Positions 39,228 through 50,734 of a stretch of DNA of 64,000 nt are shown here, in pieces (the stretch's first letter is position 1; the number at the start of each line of letters is the position of its first letter). A model generated the notes under the pieces. It saw only the letters and a list, made by a program, of their open reading frames with translations. It was not told where the DNA came from and did no database searches. This DNA is from an uncultured delta proteobacterium. GTDB lineage: Bacteria > Desulfobacterota > Desulfomonilia > UBA1062. The DNA lies in NCBI GenBank assembly GCA_963785235.1, contig CAWAUM010000005.1, positions 352,001-416,000 of the forward strand. Reading direction: 5' to 3'. A program made the position numbers and the translations under genes.

Positions 39228-40885
39228 TCGATTTTTTAAAGATCTCTTCCATGGCGATCTTTGATGAGATCGAGATTGATTTCACATCAGGGCTCAACTG
39301 TATCACGGGAGAGACCGGTGCGGGAAAATCTCTGATACTTGACGCCCTGACCCTGCTCATGGGCGCAAGGGCAGGCCGTGAGATGATACGGCCGGGATGC
39401 GACAAAACCATTGTCGAGGCGCTTTTTACGGTTTCAGGCAGTGAGCTGGTCCTGCGAAGGGAGCTTTATCCTACAGGCAGCAGCCGGTGTTACGTTAATG
39501 GCAAGCTTACAACCTCTGCCGGTCTCGTTGAAATGTCTTCAGGGCTTATACACATTTACGGTCAGCATGATTATCAGGACCTGTTGAACCCCAGGCAGCA
39601 TATGAAGATACTTGAAGATTATGCAGGCATAAGCAGGGACAATGTGGAAGCATTATATAAGGAATATATCCTGGCAGAAGAGGCCTACAAAGAACTTGAA
39701 CGCCTGATCGATTCATTCATGCAGGAAAAAGAATATCTGGAACATTGCCTTAAGGAATTGACTGCCGCGAGCATCCAGGAAGGAATGGAGGAAAGACTCA
39801 CACAGGAACTCCAGACAGCACAAAAAGCCTCAGAGCTCAAACAGACGGCATTGACTGCCCAGGAGCTTATCTACACAGGAACCCCATCCATTACAGACCT
39901 CACTGCCGAAGCCCGTCAGCAGATACACCGTATAGTGGTTCATGATCCCTCCATGGAAAAACTGGTTCATTCAATGGACGAGATCAAGGCTCAGCTTGAG
40001 GACATGCATGTGGAGCTCAGAAGCAGGATCGATGCTTATGAATATGACCCCCAGCGCATTGAAGACCTTGAAGAACAGCTCAATACCTTGCGTGAGATCA
40101 AGAGAAAACACCGCACAGATGAGACAGGACTCATCAGGCTCACAGCAGAGATGCAGCAGAAGCTCAGCATGCTCGATGAATCGGGAAACAATACCACAAA
40201 CGCAAAAAGAAAGGTGGATGAAACCCGCAGCAGATATCAGGAAACGGCCAAGACCTTCCTGGAAAAGAGATGGCGTGCTGCAAAAAGACTATGTAAGAGA
40301 ATCAACGCAGATCTTAAAGACCTCGGCATGCCGGGTACCGATTTCAGGGTATCGCAGCTGATGCCTGAGGATTTTGATAAGGCATTCATTGATATTGGGG
40401 GTAGGGCTGTTTCACCTAATATCCTCATGAAAGGCGACTTCCTTATCTCCACAAATGTCGGTCAGAATATTTTACCGCTGGCCAAGATTGCATCGGGTGG
40501 GGAATTGAGCCGCATCATGCTTGCAATAAAGGTCTCGCAGAAGGCCTCGTCTGAAGCAACCCTGATATTTGATGAGATAGATGCAGGTATCAGCGGGCAG
40601 ACCGCCATTGCCATTGCCCATAAGCTCAAGGAGCTTTCCGGGCATGCCCAGGCCATAGTGGTCACACACCTCCATCAGGTGGCATCTGTCGCTGATTCAC
40701 ATTTTGTTATCACCAAGACAGTCAGGGACAGGACTACATCATCAGCCCTTCAAAAGGTGAGAAACACGGACAGGGTCAATGAACTTGCCCGTATGATGGG
40801 CGGCGACTCCCCGAGCCTAAATGTTATCGAGCATGCAAAGGAGCTGGTAAGATCGCACGAAGGGCGACCCTTGCTGGAAAATTAG
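39224..40885 (+). CDS. recN: DNA repair protein RecN
   Basis: TGETGAGKS, ASGGELSR, IFDEIDAG, THLHQVA; ATGA overlap with the nadK stop. Confidence 0.96.
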   Translation: MIDFLKISSMAIFDEIEIDFTSGLNCITGETGAGKSLILDALTLLMGARAGREMIRPGCDKTIVEALFTVSGSELVLRRELYPTGSSRCYVNGKLTTSAGLVEMSSGLIHIYGQHDYQDLLNPRQHMKILEDYAGISRDNVEALYKEYILAEEAYKELERLIDSFMQEKEYLEHCLKELTAASIQEGMEERLTQELQTAQKASELKQTALTAQELIYTGTPSITDLTAEARQQIHRIVVHDPSMEKLVHSMDEIKAQLEDMHVELRSRIDAYEYDPQRIEDLEEQLNTLREIKRKHRTDETGLIRLTAEMQQKLSMLDESGNNTTNAKRKVDETRSRYQETAKTFLEKRWRAAKRLCKRINADLKDLGMPGTDFRVSQLMPEDFDKAFIDIGGRAVSPNILMKGDFLISTNVGQNILPLAKIASGGELSRIMLAIKVSQKASSEATLIFDEIDAGISGQTAIAIAHKLKELSGHAQAIVVTHLHQVASVADSHFVITKTVRDRTTSSALQKVRNTDRVNELARMMGGDSPSLNVIEHAKELVRSHEGRPLLEN

Positions 40886-40960
40886 GCTTTTGATTTGCAT
40901 TTGACTTTTCAAGACCTTGGTGGTCTATGTAGGAAAATTTGCTTCGATGGATATTGTTGC

Positions 40961-41419
40961 ATGATACGAAAACCAGCCATAGCTGAAGCAGCTGAGATAA
41001 GAAATCTTATAGACCCTTTTGTGAAGGAAGGCTTAATCCTCCCAAGATCTCTCCACTCGGTGTATACTTCTATCAGAGATTTTTGGGTATATACAAATGA
41101 AGAGGACACTACTCTCATCAAGGGTTGCTGCGCGCTCCACATCTCTTGGGCTGATATTGCCGAAATCAGGACACTAGCTGTACGCAGGGATTGCCAGGGA
41201 AAGGGTGATGGTGCCGGGCTTGTAGAAGCATGTCTCCAGGAGGCCCGGAACCTTGGACTGAAGAAGGTATTCACACTGACCTATGTACCGGATTTTTTTA
41301 AAAAACTCGGCTTTATCGAGGTTGACAAGGCAAAACTGCCTAACAAGATTTGGGCTGACTGCATCCACTGTCAGTATTTTCCGGACTGCAGGGAGATTGC
41401 ACTCATATATGATCTTTAA
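40961..41419 (+). CDS. argA: Short ArgA-like GNAT N-acetyltransferase (amino-acid acetyltransferase)
   Basis: MIRK..LPRS..IRDF, AEIRTLAV, VFTLTY, LPNKIWADCIHC..FPDCRE. Confidence 0.75.
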   Translation: MIRKPAIAEAAEIRNLIDPFVKEGLILPRSLHSVYTSIRDFWVYTNEEDTTLIKGCCALHISWADIAEIRTLAVRRDCQGKGDGAGLVEACLQEARNLGLKKVFTLTYVPDFFKKLGFIEVDKAKLPNKIWADCIHCQYFPDCREIALIYDL

Positions 41420-41422
41420 GAG

Positions 41423-42754
41423 GTGAGCGTGGGACTTGTAGAAACGATGGAAAGGGCATGTGCCCTGCTCAGAAAAAAAACAATAAAAGATTTCGAAGTA
41501 TTCGGGATTTTTTCCGACGCTATCCGGGCGGAATCAAAACATGGAGAAGTTGATTTTCTCAACCGTTCATCTGAAAGCGGTATCAGCATACGGGTGCTCA
41601 TGGATGGCGCCATAGGCTTTTCTTATGGGAAAGATGCGGATGATGCACTGATCGATGCAGCAATAACTTCAGCCAGATATCAGTTTAAAGACAAACACAA
41701 CCAGTTTCCAAGCCTTATAGGCGGATATCCGGGTATCGATGCATTTGATCAGAATATAGCCTCACTGAGCCCGGATGATTGCATAATGAGATCCATAGAA
41801 CTGGAACAATCTGCAAGGGAGGCGGATCCGCGTGTGGAGAATATTAGAAAGGCATCATTCTCGCGCTCATCTGCGAATATTCAGATCCTCAATTCCCATG
41901 GCATACAATCATCTTATTCAGTAACATCCATAGCTGCCTCCCTCATGGTCACTGTAAGGCAGGACAGTGATGTGCAGTCAGGCTATGATTTCGACTTCAG
42001 CCATTCATTATCAGGCTTCGATGTCGTCAGAATAGGCAGATCCGCCGTATCACGCGCTGCCCGGATGCTGGGCGCAAGGCAGCTAAAGACTATGAAGATA
42101 CCTGTTCTCTTCGACCGGGACACAACCTCAGAGATGATCGAGTTTATCTCCGATGCCTTTTTAGGGGAGAATGTCATGAAGGGCAAGTCTGCACTTAAGG
42201 AAAAGCTTGGCAAGAAATGTTTCTCTAAATGTATCAAGATATCAGATAATCCCTTGGACACTCGCTCAGCAGATTCCTGCCCCTTTGATGGAGAAGGGGT
42301 TCCTTCACAAGAAACCATTTTGGTCAATGATGGGTCCGTGGTTGCATTTCTCTATGACACTTATTGGGCAACTCTAGCCGGCAAACAGTCTACAGGCAAT
42401 TCAGTGCGGGGCGGATATCGGTCGTGGCCGCAGCTGGGCATACGGCACATATGCCTTGAACCTGGCTTAATACCGATATCCAAGCAACTTGAGGAACTAC
42501 CTCTTGCGCTGAAAGTAACTGACATAATGGGTATGCATACGGCAAATCCCATAACTGGCGAGCTATCTGTTGGTATAAACGGAATCCTCCTGGAAAAAGG
42601 GATTCCGGCTTATCCCGTTCGTGAGGCAGCCTTATCGGGTAACATCTATGATATGTTCACCCGCGTAGTGGCGATTGGGGACGATCCGAGAGGTTTCGGG
42701 CATGTCCTTTGCCCTTCGATCCTTGTGGATACCGTAGACATAAGCTCCCAGTGA
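41423..42754 (+). CDS. pmbA: TldD/PmbA-family protein (PmbA/TldE-like)
   Basis: PFDGEGVP, STGN, MGMHTANPITGELS; no HExxxH motif. Confidence 0.85.
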   Translation: MSVGLVETMERACALLRKKTIKDFEVFGIFSDAIRAESKHGEVDFLNRSSESGISIRVLMDGAIGFSYGKDADDALIDAAITSARYQFKDKHNQFPSLIGGYPGIDAFDQNIASLSPDDCIMRSIELEQSAREADPRVENIRKASFSRSSANIQILNSHGIQSSYSVTSIAASLMVTVRQDSDVQSGYDFDFSHSLSGFDVVRIGRSAVSRAARMLGARQLKTMKIPVLFDRDTTSEMIEFISDAFLGENVMKGKSALKEKLGKKCFSKCIKISDNPLDTRSADSCPFDGEGVPSQETILVNDGSVVAFLYDTYWATLAGKQSTGNSVRGGYRSWPQLGIRHICLEPGLIPISKQLEELPLALKVTDIMGMHTANPITGELSVGINGILLEKGIPAYPVREAALSGNIYDMFTRVVAIGDDPRGFGHVLCPSILVDTVDISSQ

Positions 42755-42862
42755 GATATTTTTCGCGGTATACAATCAAAGATAGCTGTTGAAATGAATT
42801 CCTTGCTATCCTATGTATCTTAACAAGAATAATCCTTTATGACGCAATAGGGACCAACAAAT

Positions 42863-45499
42863 ATGTTAGAATGGCTGATCAAAATATTCGGCAGCAAAAA
42901 TGAACGTGAGCTTAAAAGACTTGCCCCTCTTGTAGAGAAGATAAACTCTCTTGAAGAAGGTATGCGTGCCAAGAGTGATTCCGATCTCAAGGCCATGACG
43001 CCATATCTGAAAGAGAAACTTGATAACGGGGCGAGTCTCGATGATATCCTTCCAGAGGCCTTTGCTGTTGTCCGGGAAGCATCCATCAGAACATTGGGTA
43101 TGAGGCCCTTTGATGTCCAGCTCCTTGGCGGCATAGTCCTTCATGAAGGGAAGATCGCCGAGATGAAGACAGGTGAGGGAAAGACCCTGGTTGCCACCAT
43201 GCCTGTATATCTCAATGCCCTTGCAGGCAAAGGGGTGCATGTTGTCACGGTGAATGACTACCTTGCCCACAGGGATGCTGAATGGATGGGCGCCATCTAC
43301 CGTTTCCTTGGGCTTGAGGTGGGTGTCATAGTCCATGGCCTGGATGATAACCAGCGCAAGAAGAACTATAATGCTGATATCACTTACGGAACCAATAACG
43401 AGTTTGGGTTTGACTACCTGCGCGATAACATGAAGTTTGCCTTTGAAGACTATGTGCAGCGAGACTTTTTCTATTCAATAGTTGATGAGGTAGACTCCAT
43501 CCTCATCGATGAGGCAAGGACCCCGCTCATCATTTCAGGCCCTGCCGAGGAGTCCACATCAAAATACTATGATGCAAACAATGCCATTAAGGACCTGCTC
43601 AAGCAGAAGGATGCAGAAGGTGGGCTCTATGTGAAGGATGAGAAGACCAACAGTGTCGTTCTCACGGAAGAGGGCATTGAGTTCATGCAGAAACGCCTTG
43701 GTAAGGCCAACCTCTATGACCCTGGTGAATTCGAGACCGTTCACCACCTTAATCAGGCCCTCAAGGCACATTTGCTCTTTTCAAGGGATGTGCACTATGT
43801 GGTCAGTGAAGAAGGCGAGGTGGTTATCGTAGATGAGTTCACAGGCAGGCTAATGCCTGGGAGACGCTATTCCGAAGGCCTACATCAGGCGCTGGAGGCT
43901 AAGGAAGGTGTAAAGGTTGCCAATGAGAACCAGACGCTTGCCTCCATAACATTCCAGAACTACTTCCGCATGTATGATAAACTCGCCGGCATGACAGGCA
44001 CGGCCGAGACCGAGGCATTAGAGTTTAAAAACATTTACGGACTTGATGTTATGGTGATTCCTACAAATATGTCCATGATCAGGATAGATAACCCTGATGT
44101 GATTTATAAGTCGGAAAAAGAAAAGTACAATGCCGTTATAAGACAGATTATCGAATGCTATGAAAAGGGCCAGCCGGTTTTGGTAGGAACGAGCTCTATT
44201 GAGAACTCAGAGAAGGTGGCAAACCTCCTCAAACGCAAAGGTACCCCCCATAATATCCTCAATGCCAAGCACCATGAACGTGAGGCTGAAATCATAGCCC
44301 AGGCCGGAAGAAAAGGAGGCGTTACCATAGCAACCAACATGGCAGGCAGGGGTACAGACATAAAACTCGGGGGCAACCCTGAATACTTAACAAGACAGCG
44401 TATCAATCCTGGTGATGATAACTATAAAGAAATATTTAACAAATTTACTTTGCAATGCGAGAAGGAGCATAAGGAAGTAGTCGATGCCGGAGGGCTTTTC
44501 ATCTTGGGAACCGAGCGTCATGAAAGCAGGCGTATTGATAACCAGCTCAGGGGAAGGTCGGGCAGGCAAGGGGACCCTGGTGAATCGCGATTTTACCTCA
44601 GCCTTGAAGACAACCTCATGCGTATATTCGGTTCCGAACGTATTGGCACGATCATGGATAAGCTCGGGGTAAAAGATGACGAGCCCATCGAACATAATCT
44701 CATCAGCAAGAGCATTGAAGGTGCCCAGAAAAAGGTTGAGGGAAGAAACTTTGAAATCCGCAAACATCTTCTTGAATATGACGATGTGATGAATAAACAA
44801 AGAGAGGTAATATACTCAACACGTAGAAGGATACTCTCAGAAGGGAATCTGAAAGACCTTGTAGAAGAGATGATCGGTGAGGTCCTTGAAGAAACCTATG
44901 ATATCTACATACCCAAGAAGGGGGCAGTGTCTGAATGGGACATTGAAGGCTTCACGAACTGGGTGAAGAACATCTTTGACATTACCATAGATCTCACTGT
45001 TGAAAAGGGAACCACTCGTGATCAGCTTCATGAGAAGATAAGTAGTGCCATATTGGAGTATTATAACCTGCGTGAACAGGAGTTTACCCCTGATGTGATG
45101 CGTATGGTGGAAAGGCATTTCCTTTTGTTGACCCTTGATACGCTCTGGAAAGACCATCTCTTGTCCATGGACCACCTTAAGGAAGGGATAGGTCTGCGCG
45201 GATATGGCCAGAAGAATCCCTTGAGGGAGTACCAGAAAGAAGGCTTTGATATGTTTGTTTCCACACTATCACGGGTCAGGGAGCTCTCTTTGGAGAGGGT
45301 CTTCAAGGTCCAGATCCAGCGGCAGGAGGATGTTGAAAAGGTATCACAGAGGGAGCGCCGGCAGCGTATTCAACTGGGCAGGGGGCCTGGTGATAAACCG
45401 CCCACTGTCAAGAGAATAAACAAAAAGGTGGGCAGGAACGACCCATGCCCCTGTGGCTCAGGCAAAAAATATAAGCAATGTTGTGGAATTGAGGCATGA
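42863..45499 (+). CDS. secA: Preprotein translocase ATPase SecA
   Basis: [60 protein letters not shown]. Confidence 0.99.
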   Translation: MLEWLIKIFGSKNERELKRLAPLVEKINSLEEGMRAKSDSDLKAMTPYLKEKLDNGASLDDILPEAFAVVREASIRTLGMRPFDVQLLGGIVLHEGKIAEMKTGEGKTLVATMPVYLNALAGKGVHVVTVNDYLAHRDAEWMGAIYRFLGLEVGVIVHGLDDNQRKKNYNADITYGTNNEFGFDYLRDNMKFAFEDYVQRDFFYSIVDEVDSILIDEARTPLIISGPAEESTSKYYDANNAIKDLLKQKDAEGGLYVKDEKTNSVVLTEEGIEFMQKRLGKANLYDPGEFETVHHLNQALKAHLLFSRDVHYVVSEEGEVVIVDEFTGRLMPGRRYSEGLHQALEAKEGVKVANENQTLASITFQNYFRMYDKLAGMTGTAETEALEFKNIYGLDVMVIPTNMSMIRIDNPDVIYKSEKEKYNAVIRQIIECYEKGQPVLVGTSSIENSEKVANLLKRKGTPHNILNAKHHEREAEIIAQAGRKGGVTIATNMAGRGTDIKLGGNPEYLTRQRINPGDDNYKEIFNKFTLQCEKEHKEVVDAGGLFILGTERHESRRIDNQLRGRSGRQGDPGESRFYLSLEDNLMRIFGSERIGTIMDKLGVKDDEPIEHNLISKSIEGAQKKVEGRNFEIRKHLLEYDDVMNKQREVIYSTRRRILSEGNLKDLVEEMIGEVLEETYDIYIPKKGAVSEWDIEGFTNWVKNIFDITIDLTVEKGTTRDQLHEKISSAILEYYNLREQEFTPDVMRMVERHFLLLTLDTLWKDHLLSMDHLKEGIGLRGYGQKNPLREYQKEGFDMFVSTLSRVRELSLERVFKVQIQRQEDVEKVSQRERRQRIQLGRGPGDKPPTVKRINKKVGRNDPCPCGSGKKYKQCCGIEA

Positions 45500-46644
45500 T
45501 TCCCAGGGGATTCAGTTTTTCGGCAGTAAATGTCGGGATTAAAGCACCTGCTTATGAGGGTCTCGACTTAGGGCTCATATCGTGTTCAACCCAGGCTGTC
45601 CTTTCAGGTGTTTTCACACGCAACCTTATTAAGGCAGCGCCCGTTCTGATTGGTATGGATCTGGTCAAGAATGGAACGGCTAGGGCGATAATCGCCAATG
45701 CCGGTAATGCAAATGCATGTACCGGCCAGCAGGGTCTGGATGACGCACATGCGATCCAGGAGGCAGCAGCGAGTCGGCTTGGTGTCATGATTGATGACGT
45801 GATTCCCATGTCCACCGGGACCATCGGTGTTAAGATGCCTGTAGATAGGATTCTCCAGAAGATCCCACAACTTGTGAAGTATTTGTCCTATGATACAGAT
45901 AGTTTTGCCCGTTCCATAATGACCACTGACACCTTTCCTAAAGTTGTTTCCAAGCGGGCAGGGGAGGCTTGCGTGTTAGGTTTTGCAAAAGGGGCAGGTA
46001 TGATTGCGCCTAATATGGCAACAACCCTTGCCGTAGTAATTACTGATGCTATAATTGACAAGCAACAACTTGATATTATTATTAAAAATGCTATTGAACA
46101 GACATTTAATGCTATCACTATTGACGGTGATATGTCTACCAACGATACTCTGATCGCGCTTTCATCAGGACTTGTGCAGGCTGACTTGGAAGAGGTCAGC
46201 CTTGCAATCACCACGGTTATCAGGGAACTTTCCTTGATGATAGTTCATGATGGTGAAGGAGCAACAAAGTTTGTCACCATCATGGTATCAGGGGCAAACA
46301 CCAGTAGCGATGCGCGAACAATAGCCATGGCTGTTGCAAATTCATTATTGGTGAAGACCGCACTGTTTGGTGCCGATCCCAATTGGGGTCGGATAGTTGC
46401 TGCCGTAGGTTATGCAGGCGTGCACATAGACCCAACTAAAATATCTATCCACATCCAGGGGCTTAAGGTGATTGAAAACACAATGGAATCCTCCACGTTC
46501 ACAGAGGAAGACCTTCATCAGGCACTGGCCGAAAAAGAGATAACCATTCAAATCAATGTTGGGAATGGCCCAGGAAGTTTCACGGCATGGACCACGGACC
46601 TGACTTATCGCTATGTTGAAATCAATGCCCAGTACCGGACCTGA
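45496..46644 (+). CDS. argJ: Bifunctional ornithine acetyltransferase/N-acetylglutamate synthase
   Basis: [46 protein letters not shown]. Confidence 0.97.
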   Translation: MIPRGFSFSAVNVGIKAPAYEGLDLGLISCSTQAVLSGVFTRNLIKAAPVLIGMDLVKNGTARAIIANAGNANACTGQQGLDDAHAIQEAAASRLGVMIDDVIPMSTGTIGVKMPVDRILQKIPQLVKYLSYDTDSFARSIMTTDTFPKVVSKRAGEACVLGFAKGAGMIAPNMATTLAVVITDAIIDKQQLDIIIKNAIEQTFNAITIDGDMSTNDTLIALSSGLVQADLEEVSLAITTVIRELSLMIVHDGEGATKFVTIMVSGANTSSDARTIAMAVANSLLVKTALFGADPNWGRIVAAVGYAGVHIDPTKISIHIQGLKVIENTMESSTFTEEDLHQALAEKEITIQINVGNGPGSFTAWTTDLTYRYVEINAQYRT

Positions 46645-46694
46645 TTTTTCATAAAGGAACAAGGGACATTCGAGACCGACAACCTAATTGTAAT

Positions 46695-46722
46695 AAAGCC
46701 GATAATATATGTTATGTTAAAT
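46695..46722 (+). other. dif site (XerCD chromosome dimer resolution site)
   Basis: AAAGCCGATAA-TATATG-TTATGTTAAAT: XerD arm identical to E. coli dif, 6-bp spacer, XerC arm ending ATAA; intergenic. Confidence 0.9.
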
Positions 46723-47236
46723 AAGATATTTGTCAGTTGTCCTTTGCTGATGCTGACCAGTCTCAACGCCAGAACTTCGGCCGGGTGTTAAACATTTTAT
46801 CCTATAATTTATTTCGCACCTTTGTGGTTAAGCCAATATTATAACAAGCCCCCTCTTTCTCGAATTATCCAAAACTCTATTTTGAACAGATCGAATTTTT
46901 ACTCATCATAAACACAAAATTCCTGTTCAATAGCAAAAAACCTCTAAACCGACAAAAAAATGATGGTCTAACTGGTTTTAGGACATAGGAACACCTTGCC
47001 CTCCATCATAAAATGCGATACAGGGCAAATTATGAAGACACTTTGCGAAACCTCATGAATCCATGGTTTGCAGGGTAGATTGCTCTAAGTTTCATCTTAT
47101 TGATATATTCAAATCCTAACTCTCCAATAAACCCATACCATAACTATGGTCTTTGTGATAAATTCATAACTAAAGATATTTTTGTTTGAGAATCCTCAGA
47201 ACTAAAGGCAAAAAGCGCTATTGATGCATAAATTTT

Positions 47237-48418
47237 ATGGAAAAATATGATGTAATTATTGTTGGAGGTGGTCCAGCCGGATCTACCGCTGGATACATCC
47301 TTGGAACCCTTGGGATTCACACCCTACTAATAGATAAAAGTGTGTTTCCGCGGAAAAAACTCTGCGGGGGTGTATTAACACATAAGACGCTCAAGCTCTT
47401 GGACCGGGTGTTTAAAGAAACTGATAAAACCATAGAACATGCTGGTGTCATTAATTATTTAACAAATGGGTATGATATATATTTCAAAGATACCTTGATG
47501 TCCCATGGAACTTCGAAATACCCATTTATATTTGTAGACAGATACGTCTATGATAATTTTCTTCTACAAAAGGTTAAGGATGCCGGAGTCAAGGTAATTG
47601 AAGGTGATAAGGTAAAAAATATTGATCCTGAGCGTAATACTTTAACAACTTCATCAGGGAAGACCTATAATGCACAATTCATCATCGGCGCTGATGGTGT
47701 TCATAGTGTCGTGCGCAGATATCTGCCAAGGCATTATATTCACAATAGAAAATGGGAATATAACCTAGCAACAGCATTAGAAATTACTGTTCCTCGAAAC
47801 GAATTCCAGCAATATATAAAATATCCGATCATTCAATTTGGATATATAGACTGGGGGTATTCTTGGATATTCCCCAACAAGGATGAGATTATTGTAGGAC
47901 TGGGTGGGTTGAACAGAAAAAATAATAAACAAATCAAAAAGATTTGCTATGAATATATCTCTGCTGTAGCTCCCTCTTTTATAAAGAAAAACCACCAGGC
48001 TATAAAGATTTGCGGACATCCGGTGCCAAGCGGAAATTACCTTTCAAAGCCTGTCTATAGAAATGCTATGCTTGTTGGAGACGCTGCCGGGTTCTCTGAC
48101 CCCATATCCGGTGAAGGTATCTACCAGGCACAAAGAAGTGCAGAAATTGCCTCACTGAGTATATACAACTCATTGAAAAATGAGGTATCGCTCGAAAAGA
48201 CATATGTACGGCTCCTTAAAAAACATGTCTTCCCTGATCTCTTCTATGCAAAGATCTTAAGATGGTTTATTTTCAAAGCATTAAATAATCTGAATCTTGG
48301 TCACATTGAACTGTTGATAAAACGTGGTGAAGATAAGGCAATCGATCTTGTCCATGGCTTAAGAACATATAAATTCTTACGAAAAATTGAAGGGATACAT
48401 GATGATGTTGTTGTATAG
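47237..48418 (+). CDS. Geranylgeranyl reductase-family FAD oxidoreductase
   Basis: GGGPAG, FPRKKLCGG, GADG, GYSWIFP, LVGDAAG..DPISGEGI. Confidence 0.9.
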   Translation: MEKYDVIIVGGGPAGSTAGYILGTLGIHTLLIDKSVFPRKKLCGGVLTHKTLKLLDRVFKETDKTIEHAGVINYLTNGYDIYFKDTLMSHGTSKYPFIFVDRYVYDNFLLQKVKDAGVKVIEGDKVKNIDPERNTLTTSSGKTYNAQFIIGADGVHSVVRRYLPRHYIHNRKWEYNLATALEITVPRNEFQQYIKYPIIQFGYIDWGYSWIFPNKDEIIVGLGGLNRKNNKQIKKICYEYISAVAPSFIKKNHQAIKICGHPVPSGNYLSKPVYRNAMLVGDAAGFSDPISGEGIYQAQRSAEIASLSIYNSLKNEVSLEKTYVRLLKKHVFPDLFYAKILRWFIFKALNNLNLGHIELLIKRGEDKAIDLVHGLRTYKFLRKIEGIHDDVVV

Positions 48419-48451
48419 ATCAATAGCCCTTGTTATTCAAGGGGTGCAGGG

Positions 48452-49030
48452 ATGAAGACAATGCAAAGCATACTCTTTGAAAAACCTGGTGATCTGAATA
48501 CCGATGTTTGCATCGATACGGTTAAGCAATATATAAAAGAGCATGGTAAGACCTATGTAGTGGTGGCCTCTACAACCGGAAAAACAGCCCTATCCTTTTA
48601 CAAAAACTTGAAAGAAACATCGGCAAGACTTGTAATTGTTACCCATAGCGTAGGTTTCAAGGAACCTGGCAAAGACGAATTCGATCAAGATTCAAGAAAA
48701 TACCTGGTTGAAAAAGGTGTACCCCTCTATACCGGAACCATACTCACACACTCTCTTGAGAAGTCCCTGATGGATAATTTTCACGGCATTTATCCAGGCT
48801 ATATCATTGCTAATACCCTTCGCAGATTTGGTGAAGGAACTAAAGTTGCAGTCGAAATTGTCATGGAGGCAAGTGACGCCGGTCTTGTACCAGAGGATGC
48901 CGAAGTCCTTGCCGTGGCTGGTACAGGCTATGGTGCAGACACGGTGTTGCTCATCAAGGCCAAACCATCAAAGCGCTTCCTGAACCTGGAGGTACTGGAG
49001 ATAATGGCCAGGCCAAGGGGCAGAAAATAA
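48452..49030 (+). CDS. Pyruvate kinase C-terminal-like alpha/beta protein
   Basis: VVASTTGKTA, VTH, IANTLRRFGEGTKVAVEI..DAG, GTGYGADT. Confidence 0.8.
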   Translation: MKTMQSILFEKPGDLNTDVCIDTVKQYIKEHGKTYVVVASTTGKTALSFYKNLKETSARLVIVTHSVGFKEPGKDEFDQDSRKYLVEKGVPLYTGTILTHSLEKSLMDNFHGIYPGYIIANTLRRFGEGTKVAVEIVMEASDAGLVPEDAEVLAVAGTGYGADTVLLIKAKPSKRFLNLEVLEIMARPRGRK

Positions 49031-49063
49031 ATAAGTTATTGCAAAGAACAATGATCAGTGTAA

Positions 49064-49897
49064 ATGAAGATAATGAGAATGAATAAAATTGCATTCATCG
49101 TACTTATGATAACTGTAGTCCTCTTACTCCCTTTATTGGAGAAGACCGTTTCTGCAGCCAACACAGACACCCCTGATAAACATAAAATATCAAGGATTAT
49201 TATTGATCCCGGTCACGGGGGGAAGGATCCTGGGGCTATAGGGCCGGCAGGGGAGAAAGAGAAAAATATTACCCTGGACGTGAGCAAAGAACTTGCAGCA
49301 CGATTGCATGAAGTTGGCTTTGAGATCTTTCTCACACGAAAAGATGACACCTTTATACCCCTTGAAGAACGTACAGCATTTGCAAACAAGAAAAAGGCGG
49401 ATCTTTTTATCTCAGTTCACGTGAATGCAAACGAGAAAGTGTCATTGAGAGGTGTTGAGACATATTTTCTCAATCTGACAACAGATGCCTCCGCCCTCAA
49501 GGTGGCAGACAGGGAAAACGCCATAGCATCCAAGTCAATGAATGCGCTCCAGTTTATCATCAAGGACTTAACGCTTAATGCCAGGATTAATGAATCATCA
49601 CGGTTTGCCTCATCCATACAGAAATCAATTATCTCATCTCTCGGTAAGGCTGGTCATGTGAATAAAGATCATGGCGTAAAGCAGGCGCCATTTTATGTCC
49701 TGATGGGTGCCCAGATGCCTTCCATACTTATCGAGACCGGCTTCATCACCAATGCGACTGAAAGCAAGCTCCTGCAAAAAAAATCTTATCAAAACAGTAT
49801 TGTAAAAGGGATTATCAGCGGGATCAATTTATATGTCTCAAATTCGATCGTTGCCTTTAACAACAGAAACTTATTGAGAGTGAAAGGCCTTAACTAA
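49064..49897 (+). CDS. N-acetylmuramoyl-L-alanine amidase (Amidase_3)
   Basis: IDPGHGGKDPGA, EK, FISVHVN, ILIETGF. Confidence 0.93.
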   Translation: MKIMRMNKIAFIVLMITVVLLLPLLEKTVSAANTDTPDKHKISRIIIDPGHGGKDPGAIGPAGEKEKNITLDVSKELAARLHEVGFEIFLTRKDDTFIPLEERTAFANKKKADLFISVHVNANEKVSLRGVETYFLNLTTDASALKVADRENAIASKSMNALQFIIKDLTLNARINESSRFASSIQKSIISSLGKAGHVNKDHGVKQAPFYVLMGAQMPSILIETGFITNATESKLLQKKSYQNSIVKGIISGINLYVSNSIVAFNNRNLLRVKGLN

Positions 49898-49949
49898 ATC
49901 TTCTATCATTTATTTCATAAAGATCAATGCCAAGATATAGGACCATGCT

Positions 49950-50723
49950 ATGCACAGATATAAATCATTAACTTATTATATTTCAGCCTTTATCCTTGTT
50001 TGCTCATTCAGCCTGATTGGGTGGCATTGCGCCCTGGCTGCTGATCAGAAGGTCTTTGCTCTCTGTTATCATTCCTTTCTCGGCAACAAAAGCTTTGCAG
50101 GGGATGTATCCATGCAGGAACTCAGGGGGCAGATGGATTTTCTCAAGGACAAGGGATTTCAATTTGTCTCACTCTCGGACTTTCTCAAAGGTACGGTAAA
50201 AGGATCACATAACATTCTCATCGTCATCGACGATGGAAATGAAAGTGTGTACCGGGCCTATTATGACATATTCAAACCGAGACATATCAAACCTGTTCTC
50301 GCCATCTATCCCGGCATTATCGGAAAGAAGTCCTACGCCCTGACCTGGGAGCAACTCAAAGGGCTTTCACAAGATGGCTGTGACATAGCTTCCCATGGTT
50401 TTTACCACCTGCACCTGAACCAGAATCTTTACGATAAGGACAAGACTGCATTCATCAAGGAGATCAATGGTTCAAAAGAGTTCCTGGAGAAAAAACTGGA
50501 TCTCAAGATCCTTGCCATGGCTTATCCCAACGGCATCCATTCGGAGATCACGAGAAAAACACTGAAAGAGGCAGGCTACAAATGCGCATTTACCATAAAG
50601 TGGGGCGCCCTACTCTCTCCCCTTTCTGCCAACAAAGACCCCTTTGAGCTTCCCCGGTATATGATCTATCAGAATAACTGGGGCATGATCTCCAATTCTC
50701 TCGTAAAAGCAGCGGGCAATTAA
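49950..50723 (+). CDS. Polysaccharide deacetylase-family protein
   Basis: LCYH, IDDG, IASHGFYH, AYPNG, LPR. Confidence 0.88.
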   Translation: MHRYKSLTYYISAFILVCSFSLIGWHCALAADQKVFALCYHSFLGNKSFAGDVSMQELRGQMDFLKDKGFQFVSLSDFLKGTVKGSHNILIVIDDGNESVYRAYYDIFKPRHIKPVLAIYPGIIGKKSYALTWEQLKGLSQDGCDIASHGFYHLHLNQNLYDKDKTAFIKEINGSKEFLEKKLDLKILAMAYPNGIHSEITRKTLKEAGYKCAFTIKWGALLSPLSANKDPFELPRYMIYQNNWGMISNSLVKAAGN

Positions 50724-50734
50724 ATTCTTCTGTT

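Noticed and set aside
46698-46705. GCCGATAA as a sigma-28 -10 box
   Set aside because: It is part of the dif XerC arm and has no good -35 element at the right spacing.
47020-47230. c-di-GMP-I (GEMM) riboswitch suggested by GGCAAA motifs
   Set aside because: The GNRA-capped P2, GCAAA junction and P3 receptor could not be assembled.
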